Shown here: positions 1 to 13,593 of the stretch, piece after piece
Position numbering within the stretch: position 1 is the stretch's first letter
Layout: each line of letters opens with the position of its first letter
From: Eledone cirrhosa
Taxonomy: Eukaryota
NCBI GenBank assembly: GCA_964016885.1
Contig: OZ024756.1
Span: forward strand, 8,494,001 to 8,558,000
DNA: 64,000 nucleotides
Reading direction: 5' to 3'
The notes under the pieces: model-generated
Told to the model about the DNA's origin: nothing
What the model saw: the letters and a program-made list of their open reading frames with translations, nothing else
The model's database searches: none
Made by a program: the position numbers and the translations under genes

Positions 1-364
1 GATTGATGTCCAGCGTCTTTTGCAGCTATTGGGATATAAAAACTTATTGGTTTTTATGACCTTAACTGAAGTTGATAGCAGTCGCCGCATTTTGACTGCT
101 TGATCTCCATATGAGGGAATAAACTCTGTGAGTGAACATTGCTAATTTTCTCCCTCATATCAAGAATATGAAGACAATTCATTTTCACCTGATGAGATTA
201 GTGATAATTGATCATGACTTCACGATCGATCTAAGTCTTATTGAAACATGTGTCGTGATTAAAATGATTGGAAAATTTACCTTGCCTTCGGATTTTCATT
301 CATATATATATAGAAAAGATGAATATAAAATGAAAGTGCTTTTTTTTAAAAAGGAATTTATTAG

Positions 365-668
365 GTATTGACATATGTTTCTGTAACAGACGGAATACCT
401 ATGTATCGCTGCTTGCGTAATCATATAATTGTTTCTACTTTTGGCACAAGGCCAGCAAATACCCAGTACATTACTGGTACTTTATTTTATCGACCCCGTA
501 AGGATGAAAGGCAAAGTTAACCTCGGCGGGATTTGAACTCAGACCGCAAAGGGACGTAACTATGTTGGAAAGCATGGCGTCCGACTCTCTACCGATACTG
601 CCAATCCACCAATGTTAGCAAGTATTCGATAGCAAATGTATAATCAGTTGTCACTTCTTCAGAGATAT
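365..668 (-). ncRNA. Hammerhead ribozyme remnant interrupted by a SINE
   Basis: Minus strand has CUGAAGA (662-656) and GAAA-cauaug-UC (381-370) with palindromic stem III. Stem II gugaca/uguuac brackets the SINE at 425-610. Stem I is poor. Confidence 0.5.
425..610 (-). mobile_element. tRNA-derived SINE with Nin/Deu-like central domain (family S1)
   Basis: Minus strand has an A-box-like tggcagtatcgg, B-box gagttcaaatcc and the domain gcctttcatccttacggggtcgataaaa..gtaccag. Many copies occur in the window. Confidence 0.8.
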
Positions 669-1378
669 TGGATAAATTGGAAAAAATCAGAAAAATTGAA
701 ATATTTATATTAGTTGTAATAAAGAAGGAAGAGGGGGGATAGTATATGACAGATGGCAATTCAATTTACTGGTAAACAAGTATATAAAGGGTTTCTTTTG
801 AGAATACAATGAGTATATGGTTTATTTTATCTAAATAAGAATTTTTGGGAGTGCCTATTTTAATCTATACTTGACCAATTGAACAATGGACAGGGCTGGT
901 CGTTTGGTGTAGTAGTATTAATTATAAAGTGTCAATTAAGGAAGAGGGAGATTTCGACTGCTACTGAATAACAACAATGCTGGTAGCCTGCTGGTATATG
1001 CATTAGGGAATTGAATTAAGAAATCTCATTTTATCTATAGCAGTTTATATTAAATGATAAAGAATAGAAGAGTTGATAGAATTAAGACTAATAGAGAATG
1101 TTAATATGTATTTTGACAATCAAACGGAGATGGAGACAGACGTTCAATCCTGGTAGTATTTGTAATATGAAAATGTAGATTTTAAGCGATGGTTACAGTA
1201 TAACGATCGCTCTATTCTCTTATTTAATAAAATGTTTTTGGATTTCATAATACAAAATAATTCCATATTACATAATTTACAAAATTCCTGTCCGTGGGAA
1301 ATGGAGGGGCAGCTGCTATTATCTCCCATTTTAGGTTAAATTGTTGGTTATTTTCGCGCAGCTGCCAAGCCTTGTCTG

Positions 1379-1495
1379 CGAGTGTTGTTACATAACGCTG
1401 GTTTACATGTTTTATCGAGTAACGATATAGACATCGCCTTTATAGACATCGTTACTCGATAAAACATGTAAACCAGCGTTATGTAACAACACTCG
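1379..1495. repeat. Perfect 48-bp inverted repeat with 21-bp spacer
   Basis: 1379-1426 is the reverse complement of 1448-1495. The motif tagacatcg is duplicated at the centre. Confidence 0.9.
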
Positions 1496-1610
1496 AGCAT
1501 TATAATAAATGTTCGGTAAATCCATACGTACATATATATATGTGTGCATGTATGTATATATATACATACTACTGTACGTCTGTATACATATATGTATGTA
1601 CGTATACATA

Positions 1611-1668
<58 letters not shown>

Positions 1669-1675
1669 CATATAT

Positions 1676-2070
1676 CATCATCATCGTCATTTTACATCCG
1701 CTTTTCCCTGCTTGCAAGGGTTGGACGGGTCCTTTTCAGCACCGCATCTCTCCACTTGTCACGGTCCTTCGGCATCTCCTCCGTGAGTTTCAGCAATCTG
1801 AGGTCTGCTCTCACCACCTCCCGCCATGTTTTACGTGGTCTACCTCTACTGCGTCTTCCTTCTACTGGGATTTCTTGGCACTTCTTTACCCAGCGGTCAA
1901 CCTCCATGCGCACCACATGTCCATACCATCTCAGCCTTCTCTCCTGCACACCACAACTTATCCCTCTTATACCCAGTTTCTTTCTCAACTCGTCTATGCT
2001 TGGTCGTTCACGCACTTTGACATTGCACATCCATGGAGCATGCTTGATCCTCTCCAGAGCATCCCCTTTA
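1676..2070 (-). mobile_element. RTE LINE 3' fragment (family A)
   Basis: ORF 1692-2030 reads RRLRWYGHVVRM...GRRSRGRPRKTW and is followed by a (TGA)n tail. Confidence 0.9.
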
Positions 2071-2079
2071 TCTTTGTAG

Positions 2080-2154
<75 letters not shown>

Positions 2155-2159
<5 letters not shown>

Positions 2160-2799
2160 AAAATTAAGATAAATTAAATGAATTTAATCTAAATCAAAAT
2201 TATGGGTGTCATGCCAGAAAGACATGCGCCATATCACCCGCAAAATAAGCTCTAACGAGTAGGTCCGAGCACTTTATAATAACTAGAGATTGATTAACAT
2301 ATAAATAAACATGAATAATCACAGGAGATAATTTTTACAAGTGTGTAACCACACATAGCTAGGTAGGTAACTATATAAAGTTGACCAGAACTTCAAAAAT
2401 AGATACATTATAATATGATTAATCTTCCCTGTATATATTCCATTAAAGAAATATATTTCACCAATTAATCAGATGGTAAACCACAGAAGTGGAGACTTGG
2501 ATTTTCAACAAGGAAGAAGTTACAGCAATCCGTGTTTACACTTCAAGTTCAAATCAGCGACTGGCCAGCACGTGTTGTATTTCATACTAGCTTCGTCCCA
2601 GTGGCGTGAATAGGGTTATCGACAACTAGAAACAGCAGTCGAGTCCTTTCAACAAAGTTAGCTCTACAATTAAGGAGCCGTATTTATATATCTATATCCA
2701 AAATTAAGATAAATCAAATGAATTTAATCTAAATCAAAATTATGGGTGTCATGCCAGAAAGATTATTCATGTTTATTTATATGTTAATCAATCTCTAGT

Positions 2800-2805
<6 letters not shown>
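2155..2805 (-). mobile_element. Non-coding PLE-like mini element (540-bp unit, partial tandem plus short inverted arm)
   Basis: 2155-2222 repeats at 2695-2762 (offset 540). 2761-2805 is the reverse complement of ~2275-2320. Both ends lie in (TA)n. Strand inferred by analogy with the large PLE. Confidence 0.6.
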
Positions 2806-3188
<383 letters not shown>

Positions 3189-3260
3189 TTACGCATATAT
3201 CTATATCCATATGTATAGAGTACCCCCTTGATTTGTAGTCTGCCCAGTCTCAGCACTGCA

Positions 3261-3340
<80 letters not shown>

Positions 3341-3348
<8 letters not shown>

Positions 3349-3896
3349 ATACTTTGGGAGGGTCATGTAGCCAATAAGAAACACACGCACCAGTTGCTTT
3401 CACTTCAATTTATTATAATAAATTTATAAATTTAGGAATTTATAAATTTCCGGTTGGTTGGTTGGTTGGTTCCACAACCAGATTGTTGTTTATATATTGT
3501 CAAAGTTCTTTCGTCACACATTCTGTGACCTCTTCAGTGACTTGGGATTCTTTTCTTTATTTTTGTGCCTCTCCTTTGTTCTGTCCTACACCATCTTGTC
3601 GTGGGACAGAACAAAGGAGAGGCACAAAAAACAAAGAAAAGAATCCCCAGTCACTGAAGAGGTCACAGAATGTGTGACGAAAGAACTTTGACAATATATA
3701 AACAACCATCTGGTTGTGGAACCAACCAACCGGAAATTTATTAATTCCTAAATTTATAAATTTATTATAATAAATTGAAGTGAAAGCAACTGGTGCGTGT
3801 GTTTCTTATTGGCAACATGACCCTCCCAAAGTATAACAATATCGGTTTCAACACACGTTTTCAGATAAAGAATCTTGCTAAACAAATTCAGAAACG

Positions 3897-3900
<4 letters not shown>
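3341..3900. mobile_element. Palindromic HHR mini element (PLE pLTR fold-back)
   Basis: Arms 3341-3587 / 3604-3842, with the right arm extended to ~3900. (TA)n on both sides and an HHR in each arm. Confidence 0.85.
3650..3692 (+). ncRNA. Minimal type I hammerhead ribozyme (mirror copy 3499-3541, minus)
   Basis: guca-CUGAAGA-g-gucaca/ugugac-GAAA-gaac-UU-ugac. Cleavage triplet CUU. Confidence 0.75.
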
Positions 3901-3943
<43 letters not shown>

Positions 3944-4127
3944 GATAAATCTACCAAGAGTTTACGGTAGTGTCCAATCCGTATGAAGAACTCAATGTAT
4001 TCCGGATATCATGGAAAGAAGAGATGCAATGAAAATCCACTTTCGGTGAAAGACAAACGGTATACAGAGTCAAGATAAAATATTAAACAAATAATGAATA
4101 AACAATTCCTTATATTAAACAAAAAAA

Positions 4128-4282
4128 TTCATTATTTAACGATCGTTTCTAGGGTATATATGTGTTATAATTGGTATGCATATTCAACAGATCTATGTAC
4201 AAAATTATACAAAATTATACAAATTATCAAGATTAAATATACATACCTAACACATATATACGCCGTCTTCAGAAATAATGAA
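4128..4282 (-). ncRNA. Type I hammerhead ribozyme of the PLE pLTR (left arm)
   Basis: Reverse complement of 16672-16826. Confidence 0.85.
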
Positions 4283-5108
4283 GTATATTTATTGATAATA
4301 ACAACAATTCAAAATATCAGTTCAAAATTGACCAATGAAAACACAAAGGGTTAAAAGCAGTTCGGTGTGTGTATATACATGTAAAATCCTTACACATATT
4401 TTACAAAAATGTGTGTATAATTTGTATACGCATACTAAAAAGATGGATGCAAACACAAAATTTCAAGGTTAATATCTCTGTAAGCTTAATGCGCTGATAA
4501 GATGCGCATTGATACTTATGGAGTCAAGCATATAAATATATTTTTTCATACTCACACATATCAGTATAATCACACATACATGCGCGTATATGCATAAATA
4601 TACACATAACCACGAACATACAAACACACACACTCCCCCACTCACATTTATATATGTGGATATAAAATCATAAGCACATAGAAATTAAATCACTCACATA
4701 AAACACTGGCACACACATTTCAAGATCAAGATACAGAAATTAGGTGGGAGGGGGGGGAGGGGTCAGTATTCAATTGTCTGAGCAGACTGCCTAATATAAA
4801 TGTATCTATAAATTAAGAAAAATAAAAAAAAATAAAACAATAAAATATAATAACTATAATATAATATATATACACATACAGATATATAAACACACATACA
4901 TACATGTACGCACACATAGAGATATTTACGCATACACACATACACACATACATATACAGTCATACACACACATACACTTACACGAACATACACATACACA
5001 TATAAAAAGATATATATATACACACACACACACGCGCAACACATACACACATACACATATATATAAAAAAAATAGATAATAAAGATATATATCCACATAT
5101 ATATACAT

Positions 5109-5159
<51 letters not shown>

Positions 5160-5250
5160 CATATACACATACATACACATACATCTAAATATACATACAC
5201 ATACATACACACATACATGTACATACATGTACATACATATACGCACATCG

Positions 5251-5300
<50 letters not shown>

Positions 5301-5643
5301 TCACATAGACATATAGATACATACACACACAACTTACATACACACGTATATATATATATATATATAGATGTACCTTCATACATAGAATTAGATATATAAT
5401 CATACATACATATGCACCTACTTATACTCATATATATAAATACATACGCTTCCATAAATGTGTATATACATAAAAAACAATACAACCTCACCAAACTCAG
5501 ACATACAAATAAAGATAATAATAAAAAATAATAATAAAAAGGCATATGTATATACATACACACACGCATTAATAGATATATATATATATATATACACATA
5601 CATACACATATATATATACATACACACACACATATACACACAC

Positions 5644-5684
<41 letters not shown>

Positions 5685-5690
5685 TAGACT

Positions 5691-5727
<37 letters not shown>

Positions 5728-6168
5728 ATATATATCCACACACACATACCACCATAAAAACACATACAAACACCCACATGTATATATATATATATATATA
5801 TATCCATATACACACACGTACATATATATACATACATATACATACATATATATATATACACACACACATAAAAAACAGACATGCACATATATATATATAT
5901 ATATATATTTTATTACTCTTATATATACACATATTATATATACATACACAACCTCACTTATACACATATACACATAAGTTATATTATAATAATAAAGAAT
6001 AATATACATATATATATATACATATACATATATATATATATATATATATACATACATACATACACATACATACATACACATAAATATATACATACATAAA
6101 TACACACATACTAATAAAGACATATATTCACACATAGACACCTATATATATATATATATATATATATC

Positions 6169-6219
<51 letters not shown>

Positions 6220-7359
6220 ACACACACACACACACACAGACACACATACACACTCACATATATATATATATATATGTGTATGTGTGTGTGCGCACATACA
6301 CATATATACACACACACATACAAACACACACAAACACATACATATGCATACGTGCACACACACACACATATATCACATAGATACGAAGATAAACATATAA
6401 ATAGAGAGACATACATATATATACACAACACACATACACATACATACATACACGCATATACATATACATACATATATACACATATATATATTCATATATA
6501 TACAAGCATACACATACATACACATATATACACATACATACACATATACATACAACACATTCACATATACACACATATATAATGCATATATATACATATA
6601 TATACATACATATGTATGTACAATCATATATACACACACAATCTTACATTCATATTTGCATGCTCATATATGTATTTTTATATTTAGATATAAATACCCA
6701 AACCTATATAGACACCTACCTACATATATATTCATACATAGATGCTTACAAATACAGATGATAATAGTATGGGGGAAAGGGGGGGTTTGGAGAAGGGGAT
6801 CAAAGTAAATATATGTTTCAAGAAACATATAATATTTTCCGTATCTTAATTCAATGTATGTTCTTACATATTTTCAGTGCTAGGAAATACGAAATCTATG
6901 CATCTCAAAATAAATAAGTATACCATTAATCATATGTTAACTAAACCAAAGATAGCCAACATATTGATTTCTAAGGTGTAAATTAGTTAGGTTTATAATA
7001 TTTGAAGCAGAATTTTGAAGTCAAACAGTAGTAGATTATTAATTACAGTATAACTAAATTAAAGTTAATAACGTTATGGTATCAATATTAGGAGATGAAT
7101 TTAGTAATAGGGAAAAGAAACCCAAATAAAAATAAAATAAAGTATTACATCGGTAGTAGCATATAAATTATATGTTAACTAAATTAAAAATTATATATTT
7201 ATTTCAATAGTATACGTTAATTAGTATATGTTAATTAGGTATACAATACATAAAGCAGATATTGTATTTCATCAATAGCATAATATAATTATATGCAAAT
7301 AGAAATCAAAATTAATACGCATACATATACATATACCTACAACACATATACATACATAT

Positions 7360-7400
<41 letters not shown>

Positions 7401-7940
7401 CACATATACACATACATACATACATACAGATACACATACACAACACACACATATACATACACATATACATATACATATCTTTTTCAAAAAATTGCACAGA
7501 ATATATTAACTAGGTATATATCCAAAACACATCTCATTCTATGATTACATGACATTCTGCAATTCGTCTGTATAAGGATACTAATTTTAAGCAAATTAAA
7601 ATTAAAATTTTTAGGTTGATTAAAACTAAAACCAAATAATAAATATATTTCCAAAATGTATATTAATTATGTCTATAATACTAAAAATTATTTCTCCGTC
7701 ATTGGAAACATGATATTATTTTGCTATATTTTATCTGTAAAAGAATTATAATAAAATAAAAGGTTTAAATAAATTAAAATTAATCTATAAATTAAATTAC
7801 TAAGTATATATTAGTAATATTTAAAGGTTTTTCACAATTTATGATTACATAATATTTTCTCATCTGTAATAAAATATTAATTAAATTAAATTTATAGGTT
7901 AACTAACATTTAAATTAAATTAATTTCTAGAATAATGTTA

Positions 7941-10382
7941 TTAATTAGGTTTATAATATTTAAATGTTTTTTTTAGTTTATGATTACACGATATAATTAA
8001 TTCCTGTCGTTTATTTAATAAGATATCCTTAGACTTCATTATTTCAAATAGTTCTTGGGAACATAATCTACATTCTTTTCTATTATTTTGATAAGGGGTG
8101 GCTCTTTTGAGCACACTCCAGGTCAAATCATATTTTATATTCTTATTTTTATAACTATTGATTTTTTCTGCTAGAGATGTTGTATTAGCCAGTGCGGCAT
8201 TTTTAAAACTATGCTTGTGGGTATTAAACCTTGTCTTAAAATTGTTAGAGGTAGCTCCTATATATGAGCAAATAGAATCTTTAGTTTTAACATTACATTT
8301 ATAGACTATGTTGTTAACAAGACAATTCCCTTTTAATGGGCAGTTTGTTTTGTTTCTACAGTTACATCCTTTCGTTAATTCTGTATTTGAGGAGATATTA
8401 TTGTTAATTTGATGTACTGGTGGTATACTTATGGTTTTCTTACATTTATATGCATTATATGCACTTATATTTTGTTTTATGTTATTTGTTGTAGAGTATG
8501 AGAATTTAACTGTAGACCTATTTAAGATTTGATGGTATTTGTGGTTTGGCGGGAAGTTTTTCTCAAGGATATAAAAAAATTTTTTAGCAATATTATCCTT
8601 AACTTGTAAATTAAAAGGAGCATTATACCAAGTAACTCGTCTATTACGGTTTCTATGTTGTTTATTATTTTTATTATTTTTATAGGTTGTATCATGATTT
8701 TTACTAGGAGGATTAATGTTAATGATCTCACCACAACTATTTTTAGTTATATTTGTAGATTTAGGTGTTTTATCTTTTTTATTAGGAGTTTTATTATTAA
8801 TATTTATTATAGTTGTATGATGAGTAGTTTTTTGAGGGTTACTATACTTTATATTAGAAGATTTAGTATTTTGGGGTATATTGTGGGTGGCATTTAGGTG
8901 TGTACTTTTCATTTGGTGTTTGTTGGTAATATTATGCTGTATGCTTTCAGTATTTTTAGTAGAAGGTATATACTCTAATCTATTTTTGTGGCCACTTCTA
9001 TCTAGAGCTTCATTATAAAAGGTCGCATTTTTATCAAATACATCTTGGTTAGAAGAAAGGTTAGAAATTCTAAGTGATATATTATATGCAAGGTTTTTAA
9101 GGATAGATTTAGGGTGATTAGATTGTGAGTGTATGTAATGTAAGTTTTGGTTAGGTTTATGGTAAGGTTGGTATATACCCGTAGCTAAATCTAAAGTTAT
9201 ATCTAGGAAATTTACTACTTTACTTGTTTTTTCAAAAGTAATATTAAGATTATAATAGTCTTTAAGGAAAGTTCTAATATGTTTTTTGTTTTTTTCGATT
9301 TCTGAAAGGCTAAGGTTGTTAGAAAGAAGAAGACAGTCATCACGATATAAACCACCTTTGAGGTGGGGAAAAGAGGCATTTATGTTGAAAAGGAGAAAGA
9401 GGCCCACAAGATCAGTAATTTGGGCGGAATCGCTTGAACCCATAGTAATATCAAAAAGATTACTGTATGTGTTTCTGGTCCAGTATTCATTCTGAAATTC
9501 AATAAGTGTTAGTCTAGCATGTGTAATAATGTTAATGTCATCCGAAGTTAAATTAGATCTATTTTTAGCAAATATTAATGCTTTGTTCAGGAGTATAGGT
9601 GATATAGAAGAATAGTAATTATCTATATCAAATTGTAGGAAAGAAGCAGAAGATTTACACCTAATATTTTTAAACCAGTTAATTACCTGGGAGGTGTTTT
9701 CCCAGAGTGGTAAAATAACGTGTTTTCTTATTTGTGGGATGACTCTATCTAAAATTTTTTTGCTAATTATTCCAATATCTGATTTGGAGGGACATATAAG
9801 TCTAATAGAAGGATTAGAGTTAAAGTTAGATTTGTGATCTTTCAGGTTGAAGTGTGGTCTTTTCAATGCCAAAGGTTCAGTTCTATCTTCAATGTTTAGT
9901 TTTTTTACTATGTTGTGTGTTTTGTTGTTGATGTTGGTGAGTGACACATTATTAGATTTTTTATAATTTTTTCTGAGTTCTTTATATATGAACTCATTAT
10001 AATGTTCAATATCCATATGATACAAGTTACCAGTTTTGTCCGAGTGGACATGGATTTTTTTAGACTTTTTTAGGTCCAATAGGGTAGAATCAAGGTCCTT
10101 TTGAAAGACGGATTTATACTTTTTAAATTTGAGGTGTTTAATTAAATTAAAAAGGTCTTTCTCGAAGTCTTCAAGTAAAAAGTTGTGTGGTGGATTCTTG
10201 TAAGTATTGAAATCATACATATATTTCCGATCTGCTTTTTTAGATTTCCTATCGAAGTGGTAGGCTCTCCATCTAACCCTTCTGATAAAATTATTAGTTT
10301 TCTGAATCATAAGGAGTAAGAAGTCGTCCTTAGAAGGTATTGGTATGTTTTTTAAGGAGGTTCCTAAATATTGTTTTTCCAT
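7941..10382 (-). CDS. PLE polyprotein: reverse transcriptase + GIY-YIG endonuclease, 813 aa, uninterrupted
   Basis: First ATG at 10382 (MEKQYLGTSLKNIPIP). RT motifs SDKT, FDIDNYY, MGS and YRDD. Linker WYNAPF, then CNC-x5-CPLKGNC, IVY...YIG-x-T-x3-K-x-R-x3-H and C-terminal CxxC...LLN...CxH. The KNIPIP/RxRW/DKT motifs resemble the Naiad clade. Confidence 0.95.
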   Translation of the reverse strand: MEKQYLGTSLKNIPIPSKDDFLLLMIQKTNNFIRRVRWRAYHFDRKSKKADRKYMYDFNTYKNPPHNFLLEDFEKDLFNLIKHLKFKKYKSVFQKDLDSTLLDLKKSKKIHVHSDKTGNLYHMDIEHYNEFIYKELRKNYKKSNNVSLTNINNKTHNIVKKLNIEDRTEPLALKRPHFNLKDHKSNFNSNPSIRLICPSKSDIGIISKKILDRVIPQIRKHVILPLWENTSQVINWFKNIRCKSSASFLQFDIDNYYSSISPILLNKALIFAKNRSNLTSDDINIITHARLTLIEFQNEYWTRNTYSNLFDITMGSSDSAQITDLVGLFLLFNINASFPHLKGGLYRDDCLLLSNNLSLSEIEKNKKHIRTFLKDYYNLNITFEKTSKVVNFLDITLDLATGIYQPYHKPNQNLHYIHSQSNHPKSILKNLAYNISLRISNLSSNQDVFDKNATFYNEALDRSGHKNRLEYIPSTKNTESIQHNITNKHQMKSTHLNATHNIPQNTKSSNIKYSNPQKTTHHTTIININNKTPNKKDKTPKSTNITKNSCGEIININPPSKNHDTTYKNNKNNKQHRNRNRRVTWYNAPFNLQVKDNIAKKFFYILEKNFPPNHKYHQILNRSTVKFSYSTTNNIKQNISAYNAYKCKKTISIPPVHQINNNISSNTELTKGCNCRNKTNCPLKGNCLVNNIVYKCNVKTKDSICSYIGATSNNFKTRFNTHKHSFKNAALANTTSLAEKINSYKNKNIKYDLTWSVLKRATPYQNNRKECRLCSQELFEIMKSKDILLNKRQELIISCNHKLKKTFKYYKPN

Positions 10383-10809
10383 TGTGATATGGATGATGGA
10401 CAATTGAAAGAGCTCAACTAAATGTATATGGGTTTACAAAATCATACATATATATATGTTTATACATAAATATAAAATTAATACACACATACAGTACAAA
10501 AATACGAATATTTCCGTGAAAATAGGAGCAAAATTATGTAGATAAATCTACCAAGAGTTTACGGTAGTGTCCAATCCGTATGAAGAACTCAATGTATTCC
10601 GGATATCATGGAAAGAAGAGATGCAATGAAAATCCACTTTCGGTGAAAGACAAACGGTATACAGAGTCAAGATAAAATATTAAACAAATAATGAATAAAC
10701 AATTCCTTATATTAAACAAAAAAATTCATTATTTAACGATCGTTTCTAGGGTATATATGTGTTATAATTGGTATGCATATTCAACAGATCTATGTACAAA
10801 ATTATACAA

Positions 10810-13012
10810 AATTAAACACCTCAAATTTAAAAAGTATAAATCCGTCTTTCAAAAGGACCTTGATTCTACCCTATTGGACCTAAAAAAGTCTAAAAAAATC
10901 CATGTCCACTCGGACAAAACTGGTAACTTGTATCATATGGATATTGAACATTATAATGAGTTCATATATAAAGAACTCAGAAAAAATTATAAAAAATCTA
11001 ATAATGTGTCACTCACCAACATCAACAACAAAACACACAACATAGTAAAAAAACTAAACATTGAAGATAGAACTGAACCTTTGGCATTGAAAAGACCACA
11101 CTTCAACCTGAAAGATCACAAATCTAACTTTAACTCTAATCCTTCTATTAGACTTATATGTCCCTCCAAATCAGATATTGGAATAATTAGCAAAAAAATT
11201 TTAGATAGAGTCATCCCACAAATAAGAAAACACGTTATTTTACCACTCTGGGAAAACACCTCCCAGGTAATTAACTGGTTTAAAAATATTAGGTGTAAAT
11301 CTTCTGCTTCTTTCCTACAATTTGATATAGATAATTACTATTCTTCTATATCACCTATACTCCTGAACAAAGCATTAATATTTGCTAAAAATAGATCTAA
11401 TTTAACTTCGGATGACATTAACATTATTACACATGCTAGACTAACACTTATTGAATTTCAGAATGAATACTGGACCAGAAACACATACAGTAATCTTTTT
11501 GATATTACTATGGGTTCAAGCGATTCCGCCCAAATTACTGATCTTGTGGGCCTCTTTCTCCTTTTCAACATAAATGCCTCTTTTCCCCACCTCAAAGGTG
11601 GTTTATATCGTGATGACTGTCTTCTTCTTTCTAACAACCTTAGCCTTTCAGAAATCGAAAAAAACAAAAAACATATTAGAACTTTCCTTAAAGACTATTA
11701 TAATCTTAATATTACTTTTGAAAAAACAAGTAAAGTAGTAAATTTCCTAGATATAACTTTAGATTTAGCTACGGGTATATACCAACCTTACCATAAACCT
11801 AACCAAAACTTACATTACATACACTCACAATCTAATCACCCTAAATCTATCCTTAAAAACCTTGCATATAATATATCACTTAGAATTTCTAACCTTTCTT
11901 CTAACCAAGATGTATTTGATAAAAATGCGACCTTTTATAATGAAGCTCTAGATAGAAGTGGCCACAAAAATAGATTAGAGTATATACCTTCTACTAAAAA
12001 TACTGAAAGCATACAGCATAATATTACCAACAAACACCAAATGAAAAGTACACACCTAAATGCCACCCACAATATACCCCAAAATACTAAATCTTCTAAT
12101 ATAAAGTATAGTAACCCTCAAAAAACTACTCATCATACAACTATAATAAATATTAATAATAAAACTCCTAATAAAAAAGATAAAACACCTAAATCTACAA
12201 ATATAACTAAAAATAGTTGTGGTGAGATCATTAACATTAATCCTCCTAGTAAAAATCATGATACAACCTATAAAAATAATAAAAATAATAAACAACATAG
12301 AAACCGTAATAGACGAGTTACTTGGTATAATGCTCCTTTTAATTTACAAGTTAAGGATAATATTGCTAAAAAATTTTTTTATATCCTTGAGAAAAACTTC
12401 CCGCCAAACCACAAATACCATCAAATCTTAAATAGGTCTACAGTTAAATTCTCATACTCTACAACAAATAACATAAAACAAAATATAAGTGCATATAATG
12501 CATATAAATGTAAGAAAACCATAAGTATACCACCAGTACATCAAATTAACAATAATATCTCCTCAAATACAGAATTAACGAAAGGATGTAACTGTAGAAA
12601 CAAAACAAACTGCCCATTAAAAGGGAATTGTCTTGTTAACAACATAGTCTATAAATGTAATGTTAAAACTAAAGATTCTATTTGCTCATATATAGGAGCT
12701 ACCTCTAACAATTTTAAGACAAGGTTTAATACCCACAAGCATAGTTTTAAAAATGCCGCACTGGCTAATACAACATCTCTAGCAGAAAAAATCAATAGTT
12801 ATAAAAATAAGAATATAAAATATGATTTGACCTGGAGTGTGCTCAAAAGAGCCACCCCTTATCAAAATAATAGAAAAGAATGTAGATTATGTTCCCAAGA
12901 ACTATTTGAAATAATGAAGTCTAAGGATATCTTATTAAATAAACGACAGGAATTAATTATATCGTGTAATCATAAACTAAAAAAAACATTTAAATATTAT
13001 AAACCTAATTAA
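10810..13012 (+). pseudogene. 5'-truncated inverted copy of the PLE ORF
   Basis: Identical in translation to the minus-strand protein from IKHLKFKK onward. The first ~40 aa of the 773-aa track ORF come from antisense pLTR sequence. Confidence 0.9.
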
Positions 13013-13552
13013 TAACATTATTCTAGAAATTAATTTAATTTAAATGTTAGTTAACCTATAAATTTAATTTAATTAATATTTTATTACAGATGAGAAAATA
13101 TTATGTAATCATAAATTGTGAAAAACCTTTAAATATTACTAATATATACTTAGTAATTTAATTTATAGATTAATTTTAATTTATTTAAACCTTTTATTTT
13201 ATTATAATTCTTTTACAGATAAAATATAGCAAAATAATATCATGTTTCCAATGACGGAGAAATAATTTTTAGTATTATAGACATAATTAATATACATTTT
13301 GGAAATATATTTATTATTTGGTTTTAGTTTTAATCAACCTAAAAATTTTAATTTTAATTTGCTTAAAATTAGTATCCTTATACAGACGAATTGCAGAATG
13401 TCATGTAATCATAGAATGAGATGTGTTTTGGATATATACCTAGTTAATATATTCTGTGCAATTTTTTGAAAAAGATATGTATATGTATATGTGTATGTAT
13501 ATGTGTGTGTTGTGTATGTGTATCTGTATGTATGTATGTATGTGTATATGTG

Positions 13553-13593
<41 letters not shown>

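Larger units (their letters stand above)
330..1329 (-). mobile_element. Degenerate Penelope-like element 3' part (GIY-YIG C-terminus, 3' UTR, pLTR)
   Basis: ORF 1144-1329 (CKLCNMELFCIMKSKNILLNKRIERSLYCNHRLKSTFSYYK) aligns by eye to the C-terminus of the 7941-10382 protein (CRLCSQELFEIMKSKDILLNKRQELIISCNHKLKKTFKYYK). Left boundary approximate. Confidence 0.8.

Noticed and set aside
3341-3900. Palindromes interpreted as DNA-transposon MITEs with TA TSDs
   Set aside because: Asymmetric extensions, the HHR in each arm and shared architecture with the coding PLEs argue for retro-origin.
7941-10382. Selenoprotein-type Naiad
   Set aside because: The ORF has no in-frame TGA, and the zinc-binding positions are ordinary Cys.
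10691-10809. Apparent novel N-terminus of a 773-aa PLE protein
   Set aside because: It is antisense pLTR fused in frame by the inversion junction. The same peptide appears at 4094 and 16860.
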